From contig CM022665.1 of NCBI GenBank assembly GCA_012295275.1, positions 35,154,001 to 35,218,000 of the forward strand: a stretch of 64,000 bases of DNA, written 5' to 3'. The notes below the pieces were generated by a model, which was not told the origin of the DNA, searched no databases, and saw nothing but the letters and a program-made list of their open reading frames with translations. The translations under genes and the position numbers were made by a program. The stretch's first letter is position 1. The number at the start of each line of letters is the position of its first letter. Source of the DNA: Chrysomallon squamiferum (Eukaryota; Animalia; Mollusca). Shown in pieces: positions 13,407 through 25,278 of this stretch.

Positions 13407-14499
13407 GTTGAGTTTCATTTAGTTTTGGATTTTCATTTTATAAAAACAAAAATAATAAAAAAAAATAAAAAAATAATAATAATTGACTTTTTGACATTTT
13501 CATTGATATGTTGATGAATAATGGGCATGGTCCATTGTTTGCAGCCCTGCAAAGCATAAGTACTTTTTTCCTGTGTTTTGTTTTTAATAATATGATCATT
13601 CAAAAATAACATTTATATGTTTTACATTACTGCTTAATAAGCAATAAAAGAAAATCATGGGTATGACCAAAGATTTAAAAAGTTGGTTAATAAAATCCTA
13701 TATATATTTTGTTTAATCCCAAATGATTTTCATTTGTTTCTAGATAACAGTTTTTAATTGTAACAGAAAGATATAACATGTATATAACAAATCAAGAAAA
13801 AAGAGCTTGGAGCTTTCCACTTTTTCTTTCTTTCTTGTATTATTGTAATACTTTACACTGAAATGTAATTAAACCTGATATTCAGGTAACACAACATTGC
13901 TGATGATATATTTACCGATGATTTATGTAAAGAAACATAACTGAGTAATTCCATGAAATAGTCACATCTATTAGTTTATAAAAAACAGAGAATAAATATG
14001 TTTTATTGTTACAATACATTCCAAAGTCATCCAGAAGCAAATAGTTCACACAGATTGAGTAACCAGTATTTCTGTTTAAGCCTGTGTTGTGTAAATACAA
14101 ATAACCCAATACTAAAAGTCATTTTCATCATCTTACAGCTTATAAAGAAATCATATGAAAATTTGTTCCTTTTTTTAATAAGGAAAATTTTTTGTTTAAT
14201 AAAAGTAAATTCACAGTATCTTCAGATTTAAATATATATTAAATCTAAATAGAAAGTTATTTATTCTTGGATATTCAAGAAAACTCCAGAAAGCAGTTGA
14301 ACATTATTTGTTTTTAGTTTTTTAAATAAACTTTAATTGTTAACATTTTAAAAATGATTATATTTGCTGTTCTTAGAGAAAAATAATTCCTGAAAAAAAA
14401 AAACCCATCAAAATTAAACTAATGTTTTAATGTTTAAATTATTATTATTATTATTTTAATTCCTGTTCCTATCAGAACTTATACTGATATTATTATTAA

Positions 14500-14568
<69 letters not shown>

Positions 14569-14594
14569 TACTACTACTACTACTACTACTACTA
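14500..14594. repeat. Compound (ATT)n-(ACT)n microsatellite
   Basis: Direct reading. Confidence 0.95.
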
Positions 14595-14625
14595 TTTCAG
14601 TATTATTAGTAACATTATATTTCAG

Positions 14626-14841
14626 ACCTGTTACAACTGCAAAGGAGAAATAGAAGATGGTGAGCTGGCTGTGTTTGCTCCCAAGGCTGGTCAAGACATC
14701 TGCTGGCACCCTGCATGCTTTGTGTGTGAGATCTGTGATGAACTGTTGGTGGATCTGGTATACTGTGTCCACTCCAAACACTTATACTGTGAGAGACATT
14801 ATGCTGAGCTCATCAGACCACGTTGTCCATCATGTGACGAG
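14626..14841 (+). CDS. Lmpt: Limpet exon: LIM1 and first two Cys of LIM2 (TCYNCKGE...WHPACFVCEICDELLVDLVYC...YCERHYAELIRPRCPSCDE)
   Basis: LIM consensus with the Prickle/Testin-type WHPACF..C.ELLVDL.Y...YC.RHYAE..RPRC; tttcag| and GAG|GTATGT; 216 nt. Confidence 0.96.
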
Positions 14842-15200
14842 GTATGTGTTGTAACAGCACTAAATAGTAACAATTAATAAAGTGAAACTGTGATGAGGTT
14901 GGTGTTATAGCAATATATATTGTAACAATACAATTAATAAACATATGCCCGTTGTGTGATGAGATAGCTGACATAGCAAGACAGATATGTAGTATAATTA
15001 ATAAAGTGCCACGTGACAACATAAATATCATACCAACACAGATAACTGTTTAAACCAGTAAATAAAATACAGGTGTCAAAGAAGTAGATGTTATAGCAAT
15101 CTAGATAGCTGTGTTATACAGGTAATAAAATAAAGGGGTCTGTGAAAAGGTAGATTTTACACCAACACAAATAGGAACATTTTTCAATTAATAAAATACA
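14832..15200 (+). repeat. Six degenerate ~60-66-bp tandem units starting at the exon 3' end, each ending in AATAAA
   Basis: tgtga(c/t)gag unit heads; AATAAA at 14876, 14936, 15000, 15061, 15124 and 15190. Confidence 0.7.
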
Positions 15201-16617
15201 GTTATCCATTGTGGTGTGTGTGTGTGTGTCTATGCAGTATGTACCTGTGCATGTGCAAACATGCCTTTCCATTGATTTTTCTATATATCTAGAAAGTGAA
15301 GATGGTTAAAAGAGAGTGAGAGAGGTTTAGATTTTAATATTAGTAAACTAATAAGACTTTAAACTTAATCTAAACACAATACAGTCTCATTAAACAAACA
15401 TCCCTTTCTTTTTTCACATCTTCAGTACCCCAAATAGTATCTTAAATGTACCACATGTCTGAGACAAAATGATTTTACATTAGTTCTTTTGCATTTGTAA
15501 ATTTTGGAAAATGGTAACAAAACAGATAACCATTGGTGAAAGCTTTACAAAATCCAGCTGGAAGCTTTTAATGGATTGGCTGATATTGACTGGGCAGCTG
15601 CCAGAATTTCAAGGTTAAATACAGTAACATTTACAAAGTCATCTCTTTTTTATTTATTTATTTATTTTCTTTTTTAATTATTTTTCTTTTAAATTTTGGG
15701 ATTTTTTAAATTATTTTTTTAATGTTCTTTGAATACATATATCAAGAGGTTAGATACTGAAAGATTTTAAGAACGGTGTTTTAATTTTAATTTTAAAAAA
15801 TTATCTGTGGTAATGATTATTAAAAATATGACAATGATGTGTTTTATCTTATTTGAATAGTAACTAATTATTTGGTGCTTAAAACAGAAACAAAAAATAT
15901 TTGACTAAATTATATTATTCTAGGCTAAATACTAAAAAACATATGTTCAGGTTATGATATGTAGCATAAATCCTAAAATTACTGTGTTTACAATATACTC
16001 AAATTATCATATCTGCAATAAATTCTCAAATTACTGTTTGTAGATATAAACTCTCTAATTGTCTTATCTGCAATAAATTCAAATTATCATAACTTGGGCA
16101 TAATAAACTCTTTTTTATATTTAGCCTTTGATATCTCAAGTCAGTTGTAATGGCTTTTTGAATATGTAGCCTACATTTAAACGTACAGAGAAAAAAAATC
16201 ACTGAGATTAGCATCAGTAAATATATCTAATGAATATAAACCAATGCTTAAAAATCACTAAAGTGGAGAATTATTTTCCATTTATATACTTTCGTTAATA
16301 AACTTTTTAAAATTATCTGTGTTTTTTCAATTTTAGGTAATCTTTGTAATACGGTGTATTAATTTCTTCCTTTTCTGAATGTATCATTTTCATAGCATTT
16401 ACATGCTAAACTTGTATTCAGAATTCAAGGGCTTTTCTAAATCCAGTACATTATATATTTCCTATTCCAACCAGGGCACAGGTTTATGATGTATACCATT
16501 TTATAAAAAAAAAAAAAAAAAAAAATTTTTTTTAAAAAAGGAACAAGAAACAATGTGAGATTGAAGATTTTATTATTTTCCTGAAGGTAAAAATTTAATT
16601 CTTTTCTTTCTTTTTTC

Positions 16618-16655
<38 letters not shown>

Positions 16656-17339
16656 TACATTTTTCTTTCTTTTTTTTTAGGAAGAAATCTTGTTTTGTAG
16701 TTTTTAAATTTTTGGGGGTTTGATTTCTTTATTTCTTTATCATTTTTATTTATTTTACTTATTATTTTATTATTATATTATATATAATATTATGTTTTAT
16801 TTATTTATTTATTTATTTTTTATTTTATTTATTTATTACTATTATTATTATTTTTTTTTTTTACCTGTTTGATTTTATAAATCTTCTAAATTGTTGTTGG
16901 GTTTGGTTTCTTTTTTCTTTTGATTGAATGCTTTGTTGATATTGTTGTTTTCATGCATCAGTTATGTTCTGCCTTCATAAATAGAAAAATAATAACACAA
17001 GTAATATAGTACTGACAGTATTATACAAAATAATACTACACTTATAACATTTACTGATTGTTATCACCTGTTGACTTGTTACCTATACTCAAAAATATGT
17101 GCAATATAGGTTTGTTTCAACAGTTGTGTATTATTGTGCAATCAACATACTCAGGTATTTAAGAGAGATTTACCATACAGATTAAGCATTTTCCTTCCTG
17201 TGATATCCATTTATAATGACACTAACATGAGAGGACAGCTAATACTTCCTTTTAGAGTTCTACGTATAACTATTGTAGGAGAGTCTCAATGATTAAAACA
17301 CAGAGCTGAGATGTAAAGACACTTAAGATTTATTGCCTC

Positions 17340-17520
17340 TTTCCCGGCTATGGAAAGGTTTATATAAAAAATCCCTTGCTGCTAACTGATAAAAGCCCAT
17401 TGTGTAGCAATAGGCTTCCTCTCTTCTTCCTTTTTTCTCTATGGTCCTGAACTATGATGTCACAAATATGGTTAACTGTAAGTTATTTAGGACATTATTA
17501 AATAAAATATTTCTGTGTTC
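17340..17520 (+). mobile_element. Decayed SINE-like fragment
   Basis: Core tggaaaggtttatataaaaaatcccttgctgctaa aligns (~25/35) with the reverse complement of ~42516-42549. Confidence 0.4.
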
Positions 17521-18694
17521 CTTTTATCCCATTGTGAACCATTCTCAGGGGGAAAGTGACATTAACAGTGGAAAATAAAAAAGGTTTTGAAATAGACATA
17601 ATAAAATAAAATACTAATAAAATATCATTATGACTGCTGTATTTGATATTCCTCATTTCTTTTTGACTTAACTTTCTTGACAGATTTTTTTTTTTTTTTT
17701 TGTGTTCTTTTTATTTGCCTTCTGTCTGTCATTCTGTATCCTTCTCACATCTTTGTCTTGTCTTATGCTCTTTATCTGTCTTTTTCTGTTTGTCCATCAG
17801 TCTGGTTCATCAGACTACAGTTTTGTTTTGTTCATCCATGTTCATATATTTACATAACAGCCAGTGTAGCTTTGTGCTGAGATTCACTGAACATTAGTTA
17901 ATTCATTGATGCTATTCAACTGTTTTGACCAGCGATTTTGTCTCTCTTTCAATTTTTACTACTTCATCCCTTTCACACCAAATCTATCTTTTTTTTTTCT
18001 TCTTTTTTTTTTTAAACCATTAAACAGATAACAGTAGTTTTTTTTATTTTTTTATTTTGGTCAATTTAGTTTTAATTTTTGTTTTCTGGAAATCACAGTT
18101 TAGCTAATCTGTACAGGTTATAAAATGATAAAGATTTGATGCCTCAGCAGATTTGGTAATTAGAGTCAGGAAAGTAGTAACTCAACCCTATATCTATCAG
18201 CAATTACAGGTAGACCGCTGCCAATTGGCAGTGACTAGGTAGCTTTATTACCAATGGACATTTACTTGTTTACTGTTATTATTTCTGGCACATTCTTTTG
18301 TTATGACAAACTGAAAGTCTTGAGATTCTGAAAGAATTACTGGTTTATGGCAAAGAATTTAGCCATTTTAGTCATGTGAAGATACCTATCTGAAGCTATT
18401 TATTTCCTTGATTTTGTGCAAAGTATAACATTTTCTGATTGTTTTCCATAATTCTGAATTTAAAAATAGATCAAAGTTTTGACCTCCTTTATCTGTTTAT
18501 TCCATAATCTAATTCCCTACTGGAAACATTTTAAATGTGATTGTCCAGTCCACAATTGAATGAAGTTTATGTGTGAAACATGAATAATTTGTACTTTTTC
18601 AATTTTTTGTTTTATATAGGTTGAATATTTCAGTTTTTGTCTTTACTGTTGATAACCGAAATTTATTTTACAAACAGATTTACAGTATTTGTGT

Positions 18695-18935
18695 AGAAGC
18701 TATAGCACAGTGGACAGTGCTTTTATAACGTACAGTGGGTCATAGGTTCAGTTTATATCAGTTCAGACATTGTCCATTCTAGCACTGCACCAGAAGTAAT
18801 GTATTATATTGCAAATTTATAACAATTGTTGATTTAAAAAATATATAAAAAAACCCACCAGAAACAATTATATTTAATACCATGCAAATCAATAATCAAA
18901 ATGTGTTGTAATATCATTAAATTAATATCCATTCC
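18695..18935 (+). mobile_element. Possible decayed tRNA-derived SINE
   Basis: A-box-like tagcacagtgg (~18702) and B-box-like ggttca (~18745) at tRNA-like spacing; no cloverleaf. Confidence 0.3.
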
Positions 18936-20492
18936 ATCATTTTTTTCAGATATTTTAATAATCCAAAATTTAGTCTTTTTACAACAGTAATACTGATCAT
19001 TTGGTTATGGAAATGTACATTCTTATAAAACTGATCTGTGTAGTTAATTTTGGTAACCATTTTCAAAATCATGTTTACAGATATCTACAAACACATACAA
19101 AATTGTATGTGGTAATTACCTTACAGCAGTTTTTCTATGAATCTGTTTATTCTGGAAATGAAGGAAGACAAGTAATTAATGGGAACCATGTGTAAAGTGT
19201 GCTTCTAGCTTTCTTGAAGTAATATACTGACATAAGGCACCTGCTAGGTGCCATGCCTGATGTAATCTGCTATTAACAGAAAGTGGACACAGGCTTCCAG
19301 ACCTCTACTTGTACCTCATTGAAATGGCTACTTCAGATTTTAGCTTAAGCTGAAATGGTCAAAGATTTATTTTGTTTTGTTTTTCTATTTACTTTGAATT
19401 TTTAGATATTTTATTTTATTTTCATTGGTGTTTTTTAAAATTATTTTACTTCAGTTTTTTGGGGTGGTTTGTTTATTTAATTTTTTGTTGTTTTTTAGAC
19501 AGATTTTAGTTGGGGTTTTTTTCTTGCTTTAAAACAGTTATTGAAATCAAGGTTTCAAGTACTTCCCAAATTTTTTTTTTTTTTTTTTTTATATAACATA
19601 ATAAAATGCCAGACTTTGCAGATGAAATTTGATCTAGTAGGCTATTTTAACTTGTGGATTTATTTTCACTACTAAGGAGTGTGTGGCACATATCTATATT
19701 AGTTGGAATATCTGTTTTGAATTTGGCAAATGCTGGAATAATGCACTGCACATATCACATATTCGTAGCAAAAAAAAAAAAAGTAGAAAGAAAACAGAAG
19801 GAGATAAAGTAACGAGCAAAATGAAAAACAAACAGAATACATTTACTGTGTGTTCTAATGTTTAAGAAAATAGCAGTTAAAAAATGTTAATAATGTGGCA
19901 GTTTTAGTGATAGATGTAAGGAGGAAAATCTCAGTAGGTTTGAATCAGTACTAAGTTTAAGTCTGTTGTGTCAAGTATTCAGTCACTAACATGCTAATTC
20001 ACTAACACATATATCTGTAGGTTTACACAGTTTTTTTATTAACATATAACTTTTCTCTAGATATGAACTTGTATATCATAGCCTTTGGTTTATAAGTTTT
20101 GTGTATAGAATTGAAAACTAGTTTTAAAGATTTGTTAGGTACATTGTTTACAAGAACTGTGATACTGCCCCATTTTCTAATAGTACAGTAATAAATTTAT
20201 TTAATATTTTGTAAATTTTCTTTAATAAAAAGTAAACTTTAGTATCAAGTGTGCTATCTAATTATTTAGTTTCCAGACATTGTTTTTATTAATTACATTT
20301 TATTTTTAGTAATAAATGTTTTATTTATTACTAACAAATGATGATTTCTTCTCTGGAGACGTTTACTTTGAACACTACTGGTCAGAATAAATTGGCTGAT
20401 TTCCAAATGTTCATTCCCAAAACAACACATGGTATCAAGCAGAAGACCTGTTCAAGCCACTAAGAACTACTGTCTTATATCAGTACATGGTT

Positions 20493-20694
20493 CTATTTAT
20501 AAACACCCTTTTGCACACATCCCTGAAATGCATGTCTTATTATACATACATATATATAAAGGTGCGAGGCTATAATGCACACCTACACAATACAGACAGC
20601 AGACCAATTCTAACAGATTGTTCTATTTCTTCATCCTTCTTTCTGGGATTTTTATTTTCTCTCCTTTCTGAAGGCAGCCCATTTTCCAACGGGG
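20493..20694 (+). promoter_or_regulatory. Candidate internal promoter and non-coding first exon in the 22-kb intron
   Basis: MEF2-type CTATTTATAA 20493-20502, CACCC 20504-20508, TATATAAAGG 20553-20562, then ~110 ATG-free nt ending in the strong donor GGG|GTGAGT at 20694/20695. Confidence 0.45.
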
Positions 20695-22674
20695 GTGAGT
20701 CTATTTTCTGAGTCTTTGTAGAAGCAGACATTTAAACACAAATGACAGATGTAGGCAAGGCATAGAGAGAGAGAAAGAAAAAAACAATTTACACTGCAAG
20801 TAATTTTAGAAAGTATGTATATCATTCTGATTTTGTTTTTCCTTGCATTTTCTGACAAAAAAAAGGTAATTGATGCAGTAAAAAAGGAAATTTTTCACTC
20901 TAGTATATTAACAGAAATGCAACTTCAAGGAGAGAGTTAAAATTTCTTGTTATTGATATATTAATATTAAAACAGGTTTCTGGATAATATAGAAAGCTAA
21001 AAGGAAATGAACAATATGCATTCACTAGTGATATATCAGAATATATGTTTTAAATTCAAAACATAATTTTGCTATAATGGACTTATATTTTAAGAAAGGG
21101 AAATGTTAACTTTAATTATAAAAATAGACCATATAATTAGTTTAGTAGACTATCAAAAATCATGTTTAAATCATATCTGAATATATTAAAATTGAAACTA
21201 AAGAGGAAAATGTTATAGTAATAAGTAGACTTTTCTGAATGAGCTCCTGTTAATGGAATTTCAAACATGAGGCCATATCTTTTTTCTTCTTTTTTTTTCA
21301 GTACTTTTTAACCATTCTAAAGATAAAATTACTGGGGATGCTATTTTTCAAGGACATTTTTTTTTGCTTTGGTATTATATATGTCTTGATATAAATTGTA
21401 CAAAATATTTTATGTTTCTTCAGTTAGTATTTTGAAAGACTCTGTGATGTAAAGGTGTAAAAAGAAAACAATAATAATAAATAAATAAAAATAAGAATAA
21501 AAATAAAAATAAATAAATAAAAATGATATAATAAAAATAAAAATGATTAAAATCAAAATACAATTACTGAAAAAAGTAATTTCATTTTTATTTAAAGTTT
21601 ACTCTTTTTTTTTCCCTGTAACTGAAAATTTGGAATGTTTCCTAAAATTATCAGGTTTTTTTTGTTGGTTTTTTTCCCCTGTGGTTTATCTGAGAACATG
21701 TTTCAGCTTTCACCTCCTGTGATTAGCATACCTGCAGCAAACATCAGCTGATGCTGCAAGGAGCGTAACATTAGAACTTAAAACATCATCAAATATTTAA
21801 AATAATTAGCTTTGTAGTCATGGATATTTGAAAAACACAAACATTAACAAATTTTAGATATTAGAAAAGTAAAAATGAACAGTAATTAAAAACACATTTT
21901 AAAAATATTTTATCTTTTTAAATTCAAGACACCAAAATAATTTTCAACTTTTTTTTTTAGTGTATATTTTCTTAAAGGCAAAAAAAAAATAAGAAAAAAG
22001 AAAGAATAAACTCAACAAGCATTATTTAACAACAAATAATTTTTTTTTTTTTTGTAGTTCTCATTTTCAAATTATTTTATATCATATTATAAATAGGACT
22101 GTATTATTTATTGATTATTGAACTGTAAAACTATTTTAGTTACATTCTGGAAGTAGACTGCCATTTACCTTCAGATGGTTTATTTTGTATGCATACTTGA
22201 TCTATACCTGTTTTTAATACGACATATACATTTCATTAATTCACTATTTAATGGAAAGCTTTTAACATTATAATTAGCATATGAAGTATAAAAGATGTGA
22301 TAGCTTTCGTGTTTATGGAAAGGTTGATGTGAAATACTCTTACTGTTAATTAATAATAATAGCCATGAGTATGATAAAAGCTGGTTCTCGCAGATATTAT
22401 AGTAGAAAAATTAATATATCAAATAATGTTTAATAATGAAATGTATTGGTATGTATTTAAAAATATTTTTATTAATTTATTCAAACCAGAACTAACAATT
22501 GGATTTGATCCCAGTACAAACCAGCTGTAAGAGTGATGACTTAACTACTTCACATTTGCTTCTTGACATTTGTGTCCTGTTGTGAATATCCATTATGTAC
22601 ATCAGTAGTCAATCTTCATTGTGTAATAAAATTACTCATGTTTTATTCACATCATACTGATATATAAATTTCTG

Positions 22675-22963
22675 TTAAGAGATAAACATCATGCAATATC
22701 TTATCATACACTGACACAATGTTTTCAGAAGATCACAGTCTGCACAAAACTTTCTAATTACATCTCAACTATCAAAATTATAAAACAAGAAATCTCAGTA
22801 GCTTTAACTGAAATTAATAAATTTGTTATGAGATAAACATACATTATCTTATTTTATCATATGTTCATACAGTGTTTTCAAAAGGTCACAGTCCTCAAAA
22901 TGTTCAGATTACATCTTTGACTATTAAAGTTATAAAACAGAATTTTTCAGTAGCTTTAATTGG
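22675..22963. repeat. Diverged ~150-bp tandem duplication
   Basis: Two copies of gagataaacat...tgttttca.aag.tcacagtc...attacatct...ttataaaaca...tcagtagctttaa. Confidence 0.85.
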
Positions 22964-24391
22964 AGTAAGTGTGGGTATTCAGAAAACAATAGTGGGGGGG
23001 GACTATAAGGGCAATTTAATCCCATCTCAAGCTTTATTTGATGTTTTTACAACCTTTTTAAGTGTGATTATGCATGACTTGGCATTTACACCTATTGAGT
23101 TCAGTGTTGATTTCACAGACGAATATATTGATTAATTACTGTGTATTTATCTCTTTCGTGATCTCTCTAAGTATGCATGTAAAGTAATATCTGTATATAT
23201 GTCTGTCCAGACATATGATTGTTGTCTGTGTTTTTGATTGGAAATATTAAAATATATTTTCATCTCTGTACATACCATTTCTCAGACATTATGGCTGTCT
23301 GTTTGTCTACCACTGTGTTTCAGTCTGTGTATGTGGGTTTTATCGACATGTCCTTCTACATGTCTCACTATTTCTGTGTTAATGTTCTTCCACAATTTAA
23401 AAATACTGTTTACCTTGAAATCACAACTGGTTTTCTATAAATATTTACATCAGACAGACCAAATAAAAACAAATAATAATAAAATCTAAAAAAAATACCT
23501 AGCATGCTAAGACAAATACTTTACCTTTACTTGCATTCAAATAGTTGTTGGCATCATCATTTAGATACGTGTTTCTGACAAAATGTACAAAAATGCAGAT
23601 GAAAAACAAAATAACAATTTCTATTTCTTTACGTGAAATACAATCAGCATACCATTTCCGGGTTGGCCTGTTTAGCTCATTCTGTGTGTACCTGTCAGAT
23701 GGACTGCCTTTTGTGGTGAAACTATTTAGTAAGGGGCTTTTTCCAAAAACACAAAAAAAAAAAAAAATCCTCTGTTTATGAATTTAATTACTTCTTTTAT
23801 GTTTATTTATTTATTTATTTATTTATCTATTATTTGTTTTTGGTTGGTTTTTTATACAACATTTTTTTTCTTCCTATTTTTTTTTTTTGTTACTTTAAAA
23901 CTGTTTAATTTAAAACTGGAAATAATCTGGAAGAATTTGTATTATTATCATTATTATTGTTAATAAAAGATATTAGAGAATATTTTACAATTTTTTTTTT
24001 TTTTTTTTTTTTCAGCGACTGCAAAAATATGATTTCAATTATCAAAATATTTTTTAAACCTTTCTTCTGTTTATTTTTAAATAATATAATATAATAATAC
24101 AAGGTTTCCAAACTAAAATGCTATGAATATATTTAAAATGATCACATGAAAGTTGATACATGTGTGTGAAAATGACAAAATACTAATTAAGTATTTTCTG
24201 TTTATAAGTAATTAATTAGAATTTACTGTTATTATCATCTGTGATAACAGCTGAACATCTTTTCTCCAGCACTTGACTTGAGACAGTCTGAATTCAAACA
24301 ACAGGAAAACTTAATAAGAAATGTCAAGTAGTTTGTTTATGGATGTTTAATATTCAGATACTGAAATAAATAAGACAATAACGTATATGTG

Positions 24392-24433
<42 letters not shown>

Positions 24434-25218
24434 CGTGCATACATGCACATGTGTAAATGGATAGACAGGCACACATAGAGTACAATTATTCTGTTTGTAA
24501 GTGCCACAAAATGTAAATATTTTTGATGTATATCAGTAATAATTAACTATATTATATAAAACTAGCTTTACATATAAAGTTAAAGAAAGTGAAACTTTTG
24601 AGAAAGCCTTTTCAAATGATTTTTCCTGTTTGTGGAACAAACCAATCAGCTTTGCAGGGGAGGAAGTTTGGACCTGTCTTGACAGTAACTTTTATAAGCA
24701 GCACAAATATACACACACACACACACATATATAGAGAGAGTGGATGTAGCATAGGCAAGGCTGTAAACAAAAGTGGATGGGCAAAACATAGCAAGATAAG
24801 ACATTTCTTGTAGTATTCAACTGTTGTGACTAATGACATGAAGGAGTGGAGAGTGTGACTGCTGTGTTTCACCTCACTAGTCACCTGTGTTGTAATACAC
24901 CTGTCTGTCCTGTTGTAGTTGTAGTCACCACACTACATTAGCTGGCCTCTAGTCTTGTTTTGCTTTGCCCCAGGTCTGTGTGTCCTAAGCGGGCAGGATT
25001 ATAATTATAACACAAACACAGTTATAACTGCCACAATCGGAGGAAAATTTCCTTCATAATAACTCAACAGATTTCTGACATAAGCAGTTGTCCATCCAGA
25101 CTGATATGGGAACTTACTTCAGTTTGGTTCATTAAGTCTATTTTTTTTTTTTTCGTTTGTCTGATCTGTGGAATCAATAAGAGACTGAAAGGATTAGAGT
25201 GAGGAGATTATATTAATC

Positions 25219-25278
25219 ATGGAAGTCACTGAAGAACCACAAGGATTAGTACAAGTGTCTGAGGCTGGGGATGATGAG
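25219..25278 (+). CDS. Lmpt: Candidate alternative first coding exon (MEVTEEPQGLVQVSEAGDDE) for an FHL-like isoform
   Basis: aatcATGG strong start context, in-frame TAG at 25195, purine-rich coding-like composition, donor GAG|GTAATT, phase 0 fits exon 36933; GC-richer promoter-like block with TATAATTATAA near 25000. Confidence 0.6.

Noticed and set aside
12211-14841. Calling the gene prickle, testin or espinas
   Set aside because: Six LIMs, FHL-type LIM3-6 and no long CAAX-bearing tail indicate Limpet/LIM-9
14832-15200. CRISPR-like regularly spaced repeats
   Set aside because: Eukaryotic intron; whole units are degenerate with no invariant repeat/unique spacer structure and no cas genes
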